Positions 1 through 11,230 of a stretch of DNA of 64,000 nt are shown piece after piece. The notes under the pieces are model-generated. The model saw only the letters and a program-made list of their open reading frames with translations. It made no database searches and was not told the origin of the DNA. Made by a program: the position numbers and the translations under genes. This DNA comes from Scyliorhinus canicula (Eukaryota), in the NCBI RefSeq assembly GCF_902713615.1, contig NC_052149.1:127165256-127229255 (forward strand), in the 5' to 3' direction. Each line of letters opens with the position of its first letter. Position 1 is the stretch's first letter.

Positions 1-699
1 CGGCTGTACAAACCCACTGAGAACTGACTCTGTTTTTACAAATGTAATCTGTTGAGGAGGGAACGAGGAGGGTTGATGACGGGAGTGAGTTTGATGTTGA
101 CAACATGGGTTTTCCAAGGATTTTGACAAGTTTCCAATGACAGACATGTGTGAAAATGAAAAGCTGATGGAATCCAAGGGAAAGTGACAAATTGGGCTGG
201 ATTCTCCGTGTTCCAGCCGAGTGTTCCTTCGCAGCTCACTATTCATCGGCACAGGGATTAATGACTCCTGCCGCTTGTCAATGGAATTTCCTATGGAAGC
301 CACCCCACATGGCCGTGAATCCCACGGGCAGGGGAGGCACTGCTGTCGATTAAAGTGAATCACAGAGACTGGAGATTTCAAATTGTTTCAGTGTAAGGAG
401 GTAAAGGTTTGATGTTAAACTGGTTGAATCATTTTGGAATGTTGATTAAACATTTGTGAATGGTGGAGTAGGCGGGAACGTCCTGTGCGGGAACGTCCAG
501 TTCACCAGCCGCATGATTCCTGGCCATGTTCCATTCACTGGCGGCTGGATTCTATCTTCCCACCTATTGTCAATGGGATTTGCCATAGCAACCACCCCAC
601 ACCGCTGTGAAACCCACTGGCTGTGCTGCTGGCGGGAAAATTCAATCGCAACAACAGGACAAATCCGGCCCCTATTTCTGGCGGTCTTGTGTCCAGCTC

Positions 700-1500
700 A
701 CACCCCCAGCCAAGCTGCCCCAGTTTAGATACAAAACTGGCATCGACCCAACAATGGGGAAAATTACCCAGGGATCTCCAGTCCACAAGAAGCTGGACAA
801 ATCCAATCCGGACAATTACTGTCCCATCAGTCAACTCTCAATCATCAGCAAAATGATGGGTGTTGTTTCAACAGTGCTCTCAACACTTACTCAGCAATGA
901 CCTGCTCATTGACACTCAGTTAAGGATCTGCCAGGGTCACTCAGCTCCTGACCTCATTATCGCCTTGGTTCAAACATGGACAAAAGAGCAGAACTCCAGC
1001 GGTGAGGCCAGAGTAACTTCCCTTGACATCGAGGCAGCATTTGACCGAGTTGGTCATCAACAAGCCCGAGCAAAATTGGAGTTGATGGGAATCAGAAGGG
1101 AAACTCTCCGCTGGTTGGAGTCATACCCAGCACAAAGGAAGATGGCTGTTGTTTGGGGTTTTAACTCTCCAATCTATATTAATGAGCTGGATGAAGGCAA
1201 TGAGAGTATTGTGGCTAAATTTGCTGATGATAAAATGATAGGTCGGAAAGCAAGTTGTGAGGAGGATACAGAGTCTGAAAAGGGAAATCTAGAATTAGTG
1301 GACACAGTTTAAAAATAAGGGATCTCCGTTTAAGGTGGAGATGAGGAGGAATTTCTTCTCTGAGAGGGTCGTTAGTTTTTGGATTTCTCTTTCCCAGAGA
1401 GCAGTGCATGCTGGGGCATTGAATATATTCCAGGCTGAGTTCGACAGATTTCTGATTGACGAGGGTCAAGGGTTATGGGGACCGACAGGAAAGTGGAGAT
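700..1500 (+). mobile_element. Degenerate CR1/L2-type LINE reverse-transcriptase fragments
   Basis: Translations YCPISQLSIISKMM, LDIEAAFDRV and KFADD match CR1-clade RT motifs; frameshifted; boundaries approximate. Confidence 0.8.
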
Positions 1501-2329
1501 TGGGCCATTTTTAAAAGTTAATTTATGGGATGTGTGGGTCTGAAGTGGGAACCTGCCATCGTGACCTTGTCCAGCCTACAAGTGACTCCAGATCCGCAGT
1601 AATGTTTTGACTCTGAAATGTCCTCTGGAATGGCCGAGCAAGACACTCAGTTCAAGGGCAATTAGGGATGGGCAATAAATGCTGGCCCAGCCAGAGATCA
1701 CACATCACATCAAACAATAAAAATATCTCCAGGGATTTTCAGGAATATTGCATCAGGAATATCGGACTGAACTCGACCCAAAGAGAAAGTAACTGAGAGT
1801 CTCCCCAAAAGCCTGGAACACTGAAGCCACTGGATTGTGAGCCCTGCTGGACCTGTTTGTCATCAGAACTTTGCTAAGAGATAAGCAGGGAGTGGAGAGA
1901 GCAGAGTTAAAGCTGGGGGAAGTGGGACCTCGGTGTCTCACTGTGCTGCTGCTGCTGCTGTGATCAGTTATATCAGAGAGTGTGACAGGGAGCCAGAGCT
2001 CACATCAAACTCTGCCCGTGTCTGTCACACGCAGACTGACAGGAGTCTAGTGAGTGATTTCACTCCATGGTCCAGGAATGTGAACACAGTCTGCAAACGT
2101 CCAGATCTCCTCCACACGGTGGGTAAAAGCTGCTTACTTATATCTTGCTGCTTAAAGGGGGGAATGGAACTAAAGAAATACAGCTGGGCACCCTGTTCTG
2201 CACAGTGTTCTTCAATGAACCATTTCATTCACTGCAGTTCCCCACTAACACCTTCAACTATTCAGCATTTGTGTTTGAGAAAGTTTCAGTATTGAAAGGG
2301 TAAATAACGGAGGATTGGGGTTTACTTAC

Positions 2330-2364
2330 TCAGTCTGAGCTTGGTTCCGTTACCGAACGTAAGC
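2330..2364 (-). CDS. IGKJ: Ig light-chain kappa-type J segment J1 (LTFGNGTKLRL)
   Basis: FGxGT motif; splice donor A|GTAAGT at 2330/2329; 23-RSS immediately upstream. Confidence 0.96.
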
Positions 2365-2403
2365 CACACTGACAGCTTCCAGTGCAGGGGCTGTACAAAA
2401 ACC
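2365..2403 (-). promoter_or_regulatory. 23-bp-spacer RSS of J1
   Basis: Plus strand: heptamer CACACTG 2365-2371, 23-nt spacer, consensus nonamer ACAAAAACC 2395-2403. Confidence 0.95.
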
Positions 2404-2760
2404 TCTGCTCTCTGCTTCACTCACTCACTCTCACCCTCTCTCTGTCTCTCTCTGTCTCTCACTCACTACTGTCTTTCTCTCTCACTCTTTATCTCTCTCT
2501 GTTTCTCTCAATGTCTCTGTGTTTTGTTGGGAGAGTTGAGAATTCTAAGTTTAGATGATAAATCTTTCAGCTGCTCTTCATATTTGGACATGGAGAGTAA
2601 GAGAGAAGCTTGAGGCCTTCAGTGAGCTGTGGACACCACAGGGACTGGAGTGTATAGTGGACAGTGAGAATAATTTGTACAGTTTCCTTTCTTGTGTTTA
2701 TTATATGTTGTCTAAAACTGTGGGATGTGTCAGTACAGGAAGTGGGGCTGTGTGTATTGA

Positions 2761-2788
2761 GGTTTTTGTAAGGCTCTGTATCACTGTG
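2761..2788 (-). promoter_or_regulatory. 12-bp-spacer RSS of V1
   Basis: Minus strand CACAGTG-ATACAGAGCCTT-ACAAAAACC; heptamer and nonamer are both consensus. Confidence 0.97.
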
Positions 2789-3087
2789 TAGGGGGTAGCT
2801 GCTGTACTGCTGACAGTAATAATCAGCGACATCCTCATCCTGTACATTGCAGATTGTCAGGGTGTATTGTATTCCAGATCCACTGCCAGTGAATCGGACC
2901 GATGTTCCTGTGAATCTGCTTGATGTGCTGTAAATCAGCAGAGTGGGTTTCTGACCTTCCCGCTGCTGATACCAAGCAATGGAGCTGCCAGAGTACGTGA
3001 TGGCCGTACAGGTGATGGTTGCGGTCTGGCCCAGGCTCAATGACAGCACCGTGGGAGACTGGGTCATGATGATGTCTCCACTGATAC
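2789..3087 (-). CDS. IGKV: Ig light-chain kappa-type V exon V1, open reading frame
   Basis: Acceptor CAG|GT at 3088/3087; [42 protein letters not shown]; both canonical Cys and Trp present; V 12-RSS / J 23-RSS polarity is kappa-type. Confidence 0.96.
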
Positions 3088-3273
3088 CTGAGGGGTAATA
3101 GAGAAACAGAGTGAAGTAAGAACTGTCACAGAAAGAGCCTGTACAATGAGATATTGTTGGAGACACTGACTGTTCCTCTGCTTTCAGCATTTTCCCTTCA
3201 ATCACAAATCAGTAGAATTGGATTGAAATGGAGAGCAGGAAAATATTCAAGGTGGAAGGAGAGAGATTTGTAC

Positions 3274-3322
3274 CTGCGATGCAGAATGCCAGAGGCCAGA
3301 TCAGCTGGATGGCTGAAATCAT
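3274..3322 (-). CDS. IGKV: Leader exon of V1 (MISAIQLIWPLAFCIA/G)
   Basis: ATG at 3322; 49-nt phase-1 exon; donor G|GTACA; splices in frame to G-ISG-DIIM. Confidence 0.93.
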
Positions 3323-3382
3323 GGTGTCTGCTCCTGTCCCTGTGCCTGGTTACTGATAAACTCTCCCTTCACTGGGCTCTGC

Positions 3383-3479
3383 TTTATAAAGCTGCAGCCT
3401 GTGAGAGTCTGACTGCCCGTTCCTCAGTATGTAAATGGTATGAGGCAGAGACACCACGTCAGCACCTTCACTTCCTCTT
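3383..3479 (-). promoter_or_regulatory. V1 promoter: TATA, octamer variant, CRE-like half site, PU.1 site
   Basis: TTTATAAA 3383-3390; sense ATTTACAT 3429-3436 (1 mismatch to ATTTGCAT); AAGAGGAAGTG 3469-3479; all conserved in the V2 promoter. Confidence 0.75.
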
Positions 3480-3654
3480 CTTCTCTCTCACTCACTCCCT
3501 CAGTATCCCTCAGTCTCTGCTCTCTCTCACTCTCTCTATCTGTCTCTCTGTCTTGTTCCTCCTGTCTCTCTCACTATTTGCTCTCTCCCACTTTCCTTCT
3601 CCCTCATTTTATTTCTCTCTTTGTCCGTCTGTCTACTTATCTCTGTCCCAGAAG

Positions 3655-3870
3655 AGGGAACAACCTCCTGGTATCCACTTTCTCAGTCCCCTCAGGATCT
3701 TATATTTCAATAAGATCACCTCTCATTCTTCTGAACTCCAGTGGTTCAGACTTCCTTCTGGCCAAACTGGCCAAAATTTCTTCCAAAGATCGACCCGTCA
3801 TCCCAGGAATGAGTCGCGTAAATCTTTGCTGATCTGTTTCTAACACAGTATCTTTTATCAAATAAAGAGA
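3655..3870 (-). mobile_element. CR1-type LINE 3' fragment
   Basis: Minus translation RLIPGM..EFRRMRGDLIE, typical of the CR1 ORF2 C-terminus. Confidence 0.7.
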
Positions 3871-3873
3871 CCT

Positions 3874-4085
3874 GGGGCAGCACGGTGGCACAGTGGTTAG
3901 CACTGCTGCCTCACGACGCTGAGGAGCCGGGTTTGAATCCCGGCCCCGGATCACTGTCCGTGTGGAGTTTGCACATTCTCCCCGTGTCTGCATGGGTCTC
4001 ACCCCACAACCCAAAGATGTGCAGGGTAGGTGGATTGGCCACGCTAAATTGCCCCTTAATTGGAAAAATTTAGAAATAAATAAAT
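3874..4085 (+). mobile_element. tRNA-derived SINE (V-SINE/HE1-like)
   Basis: Head GGGGCAGCACGGTGGCACAGTGGTTAGCACTG with A/B-box-like sequence, central CACTGTCCGTGTGGAGTTTGCAC core, A-rich tail. Confidence 0.85.
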
Positions 4086-4089
4086 GGGA

Positions 4090-5653
4090 AAAAATAATGA
4101 GATCAAATCTAGTATGCTTGCGTCCAGTAGGTCTTCCAGTAGTGTCTGTCGTGGTGGTTGTGGGTATGTCGTTGTCTCCTTTCGTAGGAAGTTCTTTAGT
4201 TGCAGGTAGCTTAGCTCGTTCCCCCGGCCAGCTGGAACATCTCTGTCAGTTCGCCCAGTGTTGCGATCCTGCCATCCGTGTATAGGTCCCTGACTGTCAG
4301 TGTCTCTCTGTCCTGTCCCCAACTTTTGAAGGTGGCGTCAGTCAGCCCTGGCGTGAGCTTTACCCAACATTTTGGTCAGGCCAAATTACTGCCGTAGTTG
4401 GTTCCAGGATTGGAGAGTGACTATCACCACCGGGCTGCGGGAGTGCTGCCGTGGCGAGGGACCGGAGGGAGGTCCCCATGCAGGAGGCTGCCTCCGCACG
4501 CACCCACTCGGCTTCTGGCTCCTTGATCCATCCCCTTACGTGCTCGGCCGTCGCTGCCTAGTGGTAGAATTGTAGGCCCCCATACGAATGCCATGATTAG
4601 TTTGTCTAGTGCGTTGAAAAAGGCCTTGGGGATGTAGATCGGGATGGATCTGAATAGGAAGAGAAACCTGGGCAGTACATTCATTTTGATCATCTGGACT
4701 CTCCCCGCGAGGGAGAGCGGGAGTGTGTTTCATCTTTGCAGGTCCTTTCTTACTTCCTCCGTCAGGCTGGTGAGGTTCCATTTGTGGATCCCTTTCCAGT
4801 CATGGGCTATTTGGATCCCCCAGGTAGCGGAATTTGTGTCGGGCTTGTTTAAACAGCAGCCCCTTTAGTGCTGCCCCCCCCCCCCCCCCCCCTCATTTGT
4901 GGGTGTACTGGGAAGATCTCGCTTTTGCTCATGTTGAGTTTGTAGCCCAAGAAGGCACCAAACTCTTTCAGGAGCGCGATGATTCTGTCCATGCTGCTTT
5001 GTGGGTCCGAGATGTAGAGGAGCAAGTCATCTGCATAGAGTGAGACTCTGTGCTCTCTGCCTCCCCTTCGGATCCCCCTCCAGCTTTTTGTTGCTCTGAG
5101 CGCAATTGCTAGTGGCTCGATCGCTAGTGCGAACAGCAACGGGGACAGTGGGCATCCTTGTCTGATGCCCCTGTGCAGCTGGAAGTATCGGGAGTTGGTG
5201 TTGTTTGTCCGTACGCTCGCCATGGGAGCGCTATATAGGAGTTTTACCCAGGAGATGAATCCTGTTCCAAGCCCAAACCGCTCCAGTACCTCCATGAGGT
5301 ATTTCCATTCGACTCTGTTGAAGGCCTTTTCTGCGTCTGGGGAGACAATCACCTCTTGTGTTCTCTCCCCAGATGGGGTCATTATCACGTTCAGCAGGCG
5401 CCTAATGTTGGAAGTAAGCTGTCTGCCTTTGACAAAGCCCGTCTGGTCCTCTGCTACCACCTCTAGCACGCAGTCTTCTAGCCTTTTGGCTGGAATCTTG
5501 GCCAGTATTTTGGCATCTGCGTTCAGTAGTGAGATTGGTCTGTATGACCCACATTCCATTGGGTCTTTGTCTTTCATAGGTATCAACGAGATTGAGGCCT
5601 GTGCTAGCGTGGGTGGCAGTGTGCCCTTAGCCAGCGAGTCTGTGAACATTTCC
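4090..5653 (-). mobile_element. L1-clade LINE ORF2 fragment (RT), truncated at both ends
   Basis: YRPISLLNADAKIL, DAEKAFNRV, QGCPLSPLLF and SLYADD motifs (ORF 4849-5649); downstream pieces frameshifted. Confidence 0.9.
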
Positions 5654-6120
5654 TCAATTGAACGCGAGACGAGTTGCTGTACAAAAGTATGGCTTTAATC
5701 AGCTAGATGTTAGCCCTGCGGTCGATGACAGTATAAGGACGACCGCCGGGAGTACTGGGTATTTATACCCCGCCCTGGAAGCAGGGTTAACTCAGCCTCT
5801 CAACCAATCGGGGAGCCGTCACATGACTGGTATCAACCAATCAATCGAGAAGCACATGACCGACTAGGGCCAATGGTAAGCCGGTGTTCTGCACCAATGG
5901 CAGGCAGCTATGCTTATCATACCACCACATTCACCCCTTGCGGAGAAAGAAGCCGGAGGGTGGGGGGGGGGGGGGGGTGTCAACGAGAGCTGGTGGGGGA
6001 GAACTGGTGGTATGAGCAGTAATGAGAGAAGGAAAAAAAATGTATCCTTGGCTTCCCACTGGCCCAGACATTTAACAACAGTGTATACTGTCCACACAAG
6101 GTCCATGGTGGTGTTGAAAG

Positions 6121-8540
6121 TTAAATGGACTCGATCAGCCTTTTCGTTGCCCGTGACGTCCTGGCAGACCGCCGCAGTGGAGTTGGTGACGCTGGTTCAG
6201 CCGATGGTGGCGGTTCAGCTGATGTCCTGGAGTCCGGGAGCGATGGTCCTTGAACTGTCTCCGTAACCCGGGCTGGTGGTGGAGACGCCATGGATGGGGG
6301 AGGGGTGGCCTGGGTGGGGCGCTGGGAGAAAAAGAACAGGGGGGGGGGTCTGTGGGGGGGGGGGGGGGGCCGCCCGCCGGCGGGTGCAAGGTCCCGGAAG
6401 GAGACCATGCCCTGCCGACCGTCGGGGTACTCCATATACGCATACTGCGGGTTAGCGTGGAGTAACTGGACTTGTTCCACCAACGGGTCGGACTTGTGCA
6501 CCCGCACATGCTTCCGGAGCAAGATGGGTCCGGGGGCGGCCAGCCACGTTGGGAGAGAGGATCCGGAGGACGACCTCCTGGGGAAAACAAGAAGACGTTC
6601 ATGAGGTGTCTGATTTGTTGCAGTACAGAGGAGGGAGCGGATAGAATGTAGGGCATCGGGGATCACCTCTTGCCATCGGGAAATAGGGAGATCTCTGGAC
6701 CGGAGGGCCAGTAGTATGGTCTTCCAGATGGTACCATTCTCCCGCTCGACCTGTCCGTTACCCCGGGGGTTATAGTGGTTGTCCTGCGAGAGGCAATGCC
6801 CCTGTTGAGCAGGAATTGACGCAGCTCGTTGTTCATAAATGAGGACCCCCAATCGCTATGTATGTACGCGGGGTAGCCGAACAGGGAGAAGATGGAGAGG
6901 AGGGCCTTAATGACGGTCGATGTGGTCATGTCGGGGCAGGGAATGGCAAAGGGGAAGCGGGAGTATTCGTCGATTACCGCCAGGAAGTAGATGTTGCAGT
7001 TGCTAGAGGGAAGGGGCCCCTTGAAGTCAATGCTGAGACGCTCGAAGGGGCGGGGTGCTTTGATCAGGTGTGCGCGCTCGGGGCGGTAGAAGTGCGGTTT
7101 GCACTCTGCGCAGACGTGGCAGTCACGGGTTACTGTCCTGACTTCCTCGATGGAGAAGGGCAGGTTGCGGGCCTTTATTAAATGATAGACACGGGTCACC
7201 CCTGGATGGCAGAGGTCCGCGTGGAGGGAGCGGAGGCGGTCTATCTGCGTGCTGGCGCAGGTACCGTGGGACAGGGCATCAGGAGGCTCATTGAGCTTCC
7301 CAGGACGATACAAGATCTCATTGTTGTACGTGGACAACTCGATCCGCCACCGTAAGATCTTGTCATTCTTAATCTTGCCCCTTTGTGCATTATCAAACAT
7401 GAAAGCTACTGACCGTTGGTCTGTGAGGAGGGTAAACTTCCTGCCGGCCAAATAGTGCCTCCAATGTCGCACAGCTTTGACTATGGCCTGGGCTTCCTTT
7501 TCCACAGAGGGGTGGCGGAGTTCGGAAGCCTGGAGGGTTCTGGAGAAGAAGGCCACGAGTCTGCCCGCTTGGTTCAGGGTGGCCGCCAGAGCTACTTCTG
7601 ATGCGTCGCTCTCGACCTGGAAGGGGAGGGACTCGTCGATGGCGCGCATTGTGGCATTTGCGATGTCCGCTTTAATGCGGCTAAAGGCCTGGCAGGCCTC
7701 TGTCGACGGCGGGAAGGTTGTGGTTTGAATGAGGGGACGGGCCTTGTCGGCGTAATTGGGAACCCATTGGGCGTAGTAAGCAAAGAAACCCAGGCAGCGT
7801 TTGAGGGATTTGAGGGTATTGGGGAGGGGGAGTTCCATTAGGGGGCGCATGCGTTCGGGGTCGGGGCCTATCACTCTGTTACGCGCTACGTAACCGAGGA
7901 TGGCTAGACGGTCAGTGCTAAACACGCATTTATCCTTATTGTACGTGAGGTTAAGGAGTTTTGCGGTTTGGAGGAATTTCTGGAGGTTGGGGTCATGGTC
8001 CTGCTGATCATGGCCGCAGATGGTGGCATTATTGAGATACGGGAGGGTAGCCCGTAATCCGTACTTGTCGACCATTTGGTCCATCTCCCTTTGGAAGACC
8101 GAGACCCCATTTGTGACACCGAATGGAACCCTAAGGAAGTGGTAGAGGCGCCCATCAGCCTCGAACGCGGTGTACTTGCGGTCACTCACGCGGATGGGGA
8201 GCTGGTGATAAGCGGACTTAAGGTCCACAGTGGAGAAGACTTTGTATTTCGCGATCTTGTTTACCATGGTGGAAATACGGGGGAGAGGATACGCATCTAG
8301 TTGCGTAAACCGGTTGATGGTCTGGCTATAATCGATGACCATCCGGTTTTTCTCCCCAGTTCGGACCACCAGCACTTGGGCTCGCCAGGGACTGTTGCTG
8401 GCCTCGATGACCCCTTCCTTCAGCAACCCTTGGACCTCGGACCCGATGAAGGTCCGGTCCTGGGCGCTGTACCGTCTGCTCCGTGTCGCGACGGGTTTGT
8501 GATCAGGGGTGAGATTAGCAAACAAGGAGGGGGGGTCCAC
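6121..8540 (-). CDS. Gypsy A pol (RT, RNase H, integrase), frameshifted near 6800
   Basis: 625-aa ORF with PFGVTNG, YLNN, ESDAS, HHCC (H-PG..C..C) and DFKGP/DEYSR integrase motifs; continues in ORF 6121-6852. Confidence 0.9.
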
Positions 8541-8682
8541 TTTGAGGGACGTGAGGCTGCAGACAATGAGAGGGGGGTATAGGGCCGCCGAATTGGAAGG
8601 TCAAGCTCTGCAGGTTACACTGGAAGTCCAGTCCTAGGAGTGCCGGTGCACAAAGGTCAGGGAGGACGAGGAGTTTATAATT

Positions 8683-10167
8683 TTAAAAAACCTTCCCTTG
8701 GACCGTGAGGTCCGCGATGCAGCAGCCGGTGATGCGGACGGAGTGCGAACCTGAGGCTAACCCGATTTTGTGTTTTACAGGATGGACAGGGAGCGCGCAG
8801 CGTCTTACCGTGGCAGGGTGAACGAAGCTCTCCGTACTCCCGGAGTCCAGCAGGCAGCCCGTCTTGTGGCCGTTGAGGTGGATCAGCATCGTTGTTTTGG
8901 CGAGCGTGCGTGGCCGTGACTGGTCGAGTTGAATGGCCTCGAGCCATGGAGAAGAACCATCGTCGTAATCATCGTCGGCCGAGTAGTAGCTGGCAGAACC
9001 TTGTGTGCCAGTCCAGGATGGTGGTGCCCAGGATCCGCACGTGGAGTCGGCGCCCCAAGATAGCGGCGCCCAGGACCCGCACGTGGAGTCGGTGCCCCAA
9101 GATGGCGGCGCCCAGGACCCGCACGTGGAGTCGGGATCCCAAGATGGTGGCGCCCAGGACCCGCACGTGGAGTCGGCGCCCCAAGATGGCGCCGCCCGCG
9201 AGGCCCTCGTGGTTGCTGGGGGCGGGGTTAGCGATGCCGGCGGGCCGACCGGAGCGGCTGAGAGCGGGGGCCGAGAGGTGCGCAGTCCAGGCGCAGGGGC
9301 CGGGGGGCGGGGGGGGGGGGGGGGGGGGGGGGTGGGAGTTGCGTGGTGCGCTGGAAGGGACCGGAAGGCCCCGGAGGAGAGGGGGATGCACGCAGGCCAG
9401 GCGCACGGGCCCGGGGGCGGGGGGGGAGAGAGTTGCACGGTGCACTGGAAGGGCCCGGAAGGCCCCGGAGTAGAGGGGGAGGCACGTAGGCCAGGCGCAG
9501 GGGCGGCGGGGGGGAAGATTAGCTCGATGCGCTGGAGGGGCCCGGAAAGGCCCGGCGGGGGGGAGAGATTGGCGCGGCGGATGCCGGTGGGGAAGCATGC
9601 CAGGAGGCCCAGGGCGCTGCAGTGCAGCTGGGGACATAGGCGCAGGCGTGTAAAGCGGCGACCTCTAGGGAGGTGGAGAGAGTCCGTGCCTCAATTAGGC
9701 TGAGGTCGTCTTTCTCCAGCATCCGGATGGCGGATAGCGGGAGACTGCATCCCAGCCACGTAAGCATCTCTAATCAGAAGTTCCATGTGCTCCGTGGCTG
9801 AAACTTGGAGGCAGGTGCAATTCCTCCCCAGGACAGCGAGGGCCTGGTAAAATTCGTCTAATGACTCACCGGGGAGCTGTTGTCTGGTAGCCAGCAGATG
9901 TCGGGCGAATACTCTGTTTAACGGTTTAAGAAACTGTCCTTTCAGCTTATCCATGGCCGCATCGTAATCTTTTTCCCCTTTTATCGTCGCGTAGGCCGCC
10001 ATGCCCACGCTGGAGTGGAGGATGTGAAGCTTCTGTGCCATGGTGGTGGGGCTGTTTGCGGACGCCAGGTAACCATCGAAACATGCCTGCCAATGTTGAA
10101 AGATTTCTGAGGCGTTCTGAGTCTGCGAGCTGATGCGGAGGCATTCGGGCTTGATCTGGAACTCCAT
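8683..10167 (-). pseudogene. Gypsy A gag-protease, frameshifted
   Basis: MEFQIKPECL..HWQACF..ARHLLATR (homologous to gag of B, C, D); Pro-rich linker; LLDSGS protease. Confidence 0.85.
9013..9197. repeat. 42-bp tandem repeat (about 4.4 copies) inside Gypsy A gag
   Basis: Unit CCAAGATGGCGGCGCCCAGGACCCGCACGTGGAGTCGGCGCC; encodes APPSWDPDSTCGSW-type repeats on the minus strand. Confidence 0.9.
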
Positions 10168-10477
10168 CTTCAAAAATCTAGCTGATTCAATTGATGAGCC
10201 ATCAATCGAACGCGATACGAGTTGCTGTACAAAAGTTAGGCTTTAATAAGCTAGCAGTTAGCCCTGCAGTCGACTACAGTAAATGGCCGACCGCCGGGCA
10301 TTCTGGGTATTTATACCTCGCTCTGAGGCAGGGTTAACTCAGCCTCTCGACCAATCGGGGAGCCGTCACATGACTGGTTTCAACCAATCGGTCGAGAGGC
10401 ACATGACCGACCAGGGCCAATGGTAAGCCAGTGTTCTGCACCAATGGCAGACAGCTATGCAAATCATACCATCACAC

Positions 10478-11230
10478 AGATGGAGTATAATGTGGAGAAA
10501 TGTGAGCTTGTTCACTTTGTTAGGGGGAATAGAAAAGCAGAATATTATTGAAATGGAGAGAGACTGCAGAAAGCTGTGATACAGAGGGATCTGGGCGTCC
10601 TTGTGTATGAATCACAGAAAGTTAACCTGCAGGTACAGCAAGTGATGAGGAAAGTCAATGGAATGTTGTCCTTTATTACACGGGGGATGGAGTATAAAAG
10701 TAGGGAAGTCTTGCTCCATCTATACAGCACATTGGGGAGACTACACCGTGAGAACTGGGTACAGTGTTGGTCTCCTTACTTAAGGACGGATATTCCAACA
10801 TTAGAAGCACAACATTGAGGGCCGAAGGGCCTGTTCTGTGCTGTACTGTTCTATGTTCTATGTTCTAGTTCAGCGAAGGTTCACTGGGCTGATTCCACTG
10901 AGGAATGGAATGTCTAATGAGGAAAGGTTGAGCTGGTTGGGTCTGCACTCATTGCAGAATTAGAGGTGATCTTATTGAAACATATAAGATTCCGAGGGAG
11001 CTTGACAGGGTGGATGCTGAGAGAATGTTTCCCCTTGTGGGGAATCGAGAAATAGTGGACAGTTTAAAAATAAGGGATCTCCATTTAAGGTGGAGATGAG
11101 AAGGAATTCCTTCTCTCAGAGGGTTGTTAGTTTTTGGAATTCTCTTTCCCAGAGAGCAGTGCATGCTGGGACATTGAATATATTCCAGGCTGAGTTCGAC
11201 AGATTTTTGATTGGGGGTCAAGGGTTATGG
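10478..11230 (+). mobile_element. CR1-type LINE fragment with an embedded HE1/HER1-like tail
   Basis: QRDLGVLV..ENWVQCWSPYLR; tail GAGGGCCGAAGGGCCTGTTCTGTGCTGTACTGTTCTATGTTCTA near 10818-10866. Confidence 0.8.

Larger units (their letters stand above)
1280..3480 (-). repeat. Segmental duplicate copy 1 (V-J unit plus flanks); copy 2 is at about 11040-13210
   Basis: Colinear identity by eye from the CR1 fragment 3' of J through J, the V-J spacer, V, leader and promoter. Confidence 0.9.
5654..10476 (-). mobile_element. Gypsy LTR retrotransposon A
   Basis: 5' LTR 10192-10476 (TG..CA); 3' LTR 5654-5929 lacks its last ~10 nt; PPT AAGGGGTGAA next to 5930; gag ATG 10167; protease LLDSGS; RT-RH-IN order. 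LTRs are roughly 89% identical by eye. Confidence 0.95.

Noticed and set aside
1731-1740. NF-kB-like GGGATTTTC in the J-C intron
   Set aside because: Incomplete match and not conserved in the duplicate copy (GGGATTTTG).
2567-3205. 212-aa ORF as an intronless or germline-joined VJ gene
   Set aside because: The N-terminus is intron read-through and the C-terminus runs through the RSS. A real leader exon and separate RSS-flanked J exist, so the gene is in split configuration.
3154-3843. Plus-strand ORFs antisense to the V leaders (also 12880-13320)
   Set aside because: They are similar only because the DNA is duplicated; they run into CT low-complexity sequence and match no protein motif.
3874-3950. 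tRNA gene calls at SINE heads
   Set aside because: The heads continue into SINE cores and tails and do not complete a cloverleaf.
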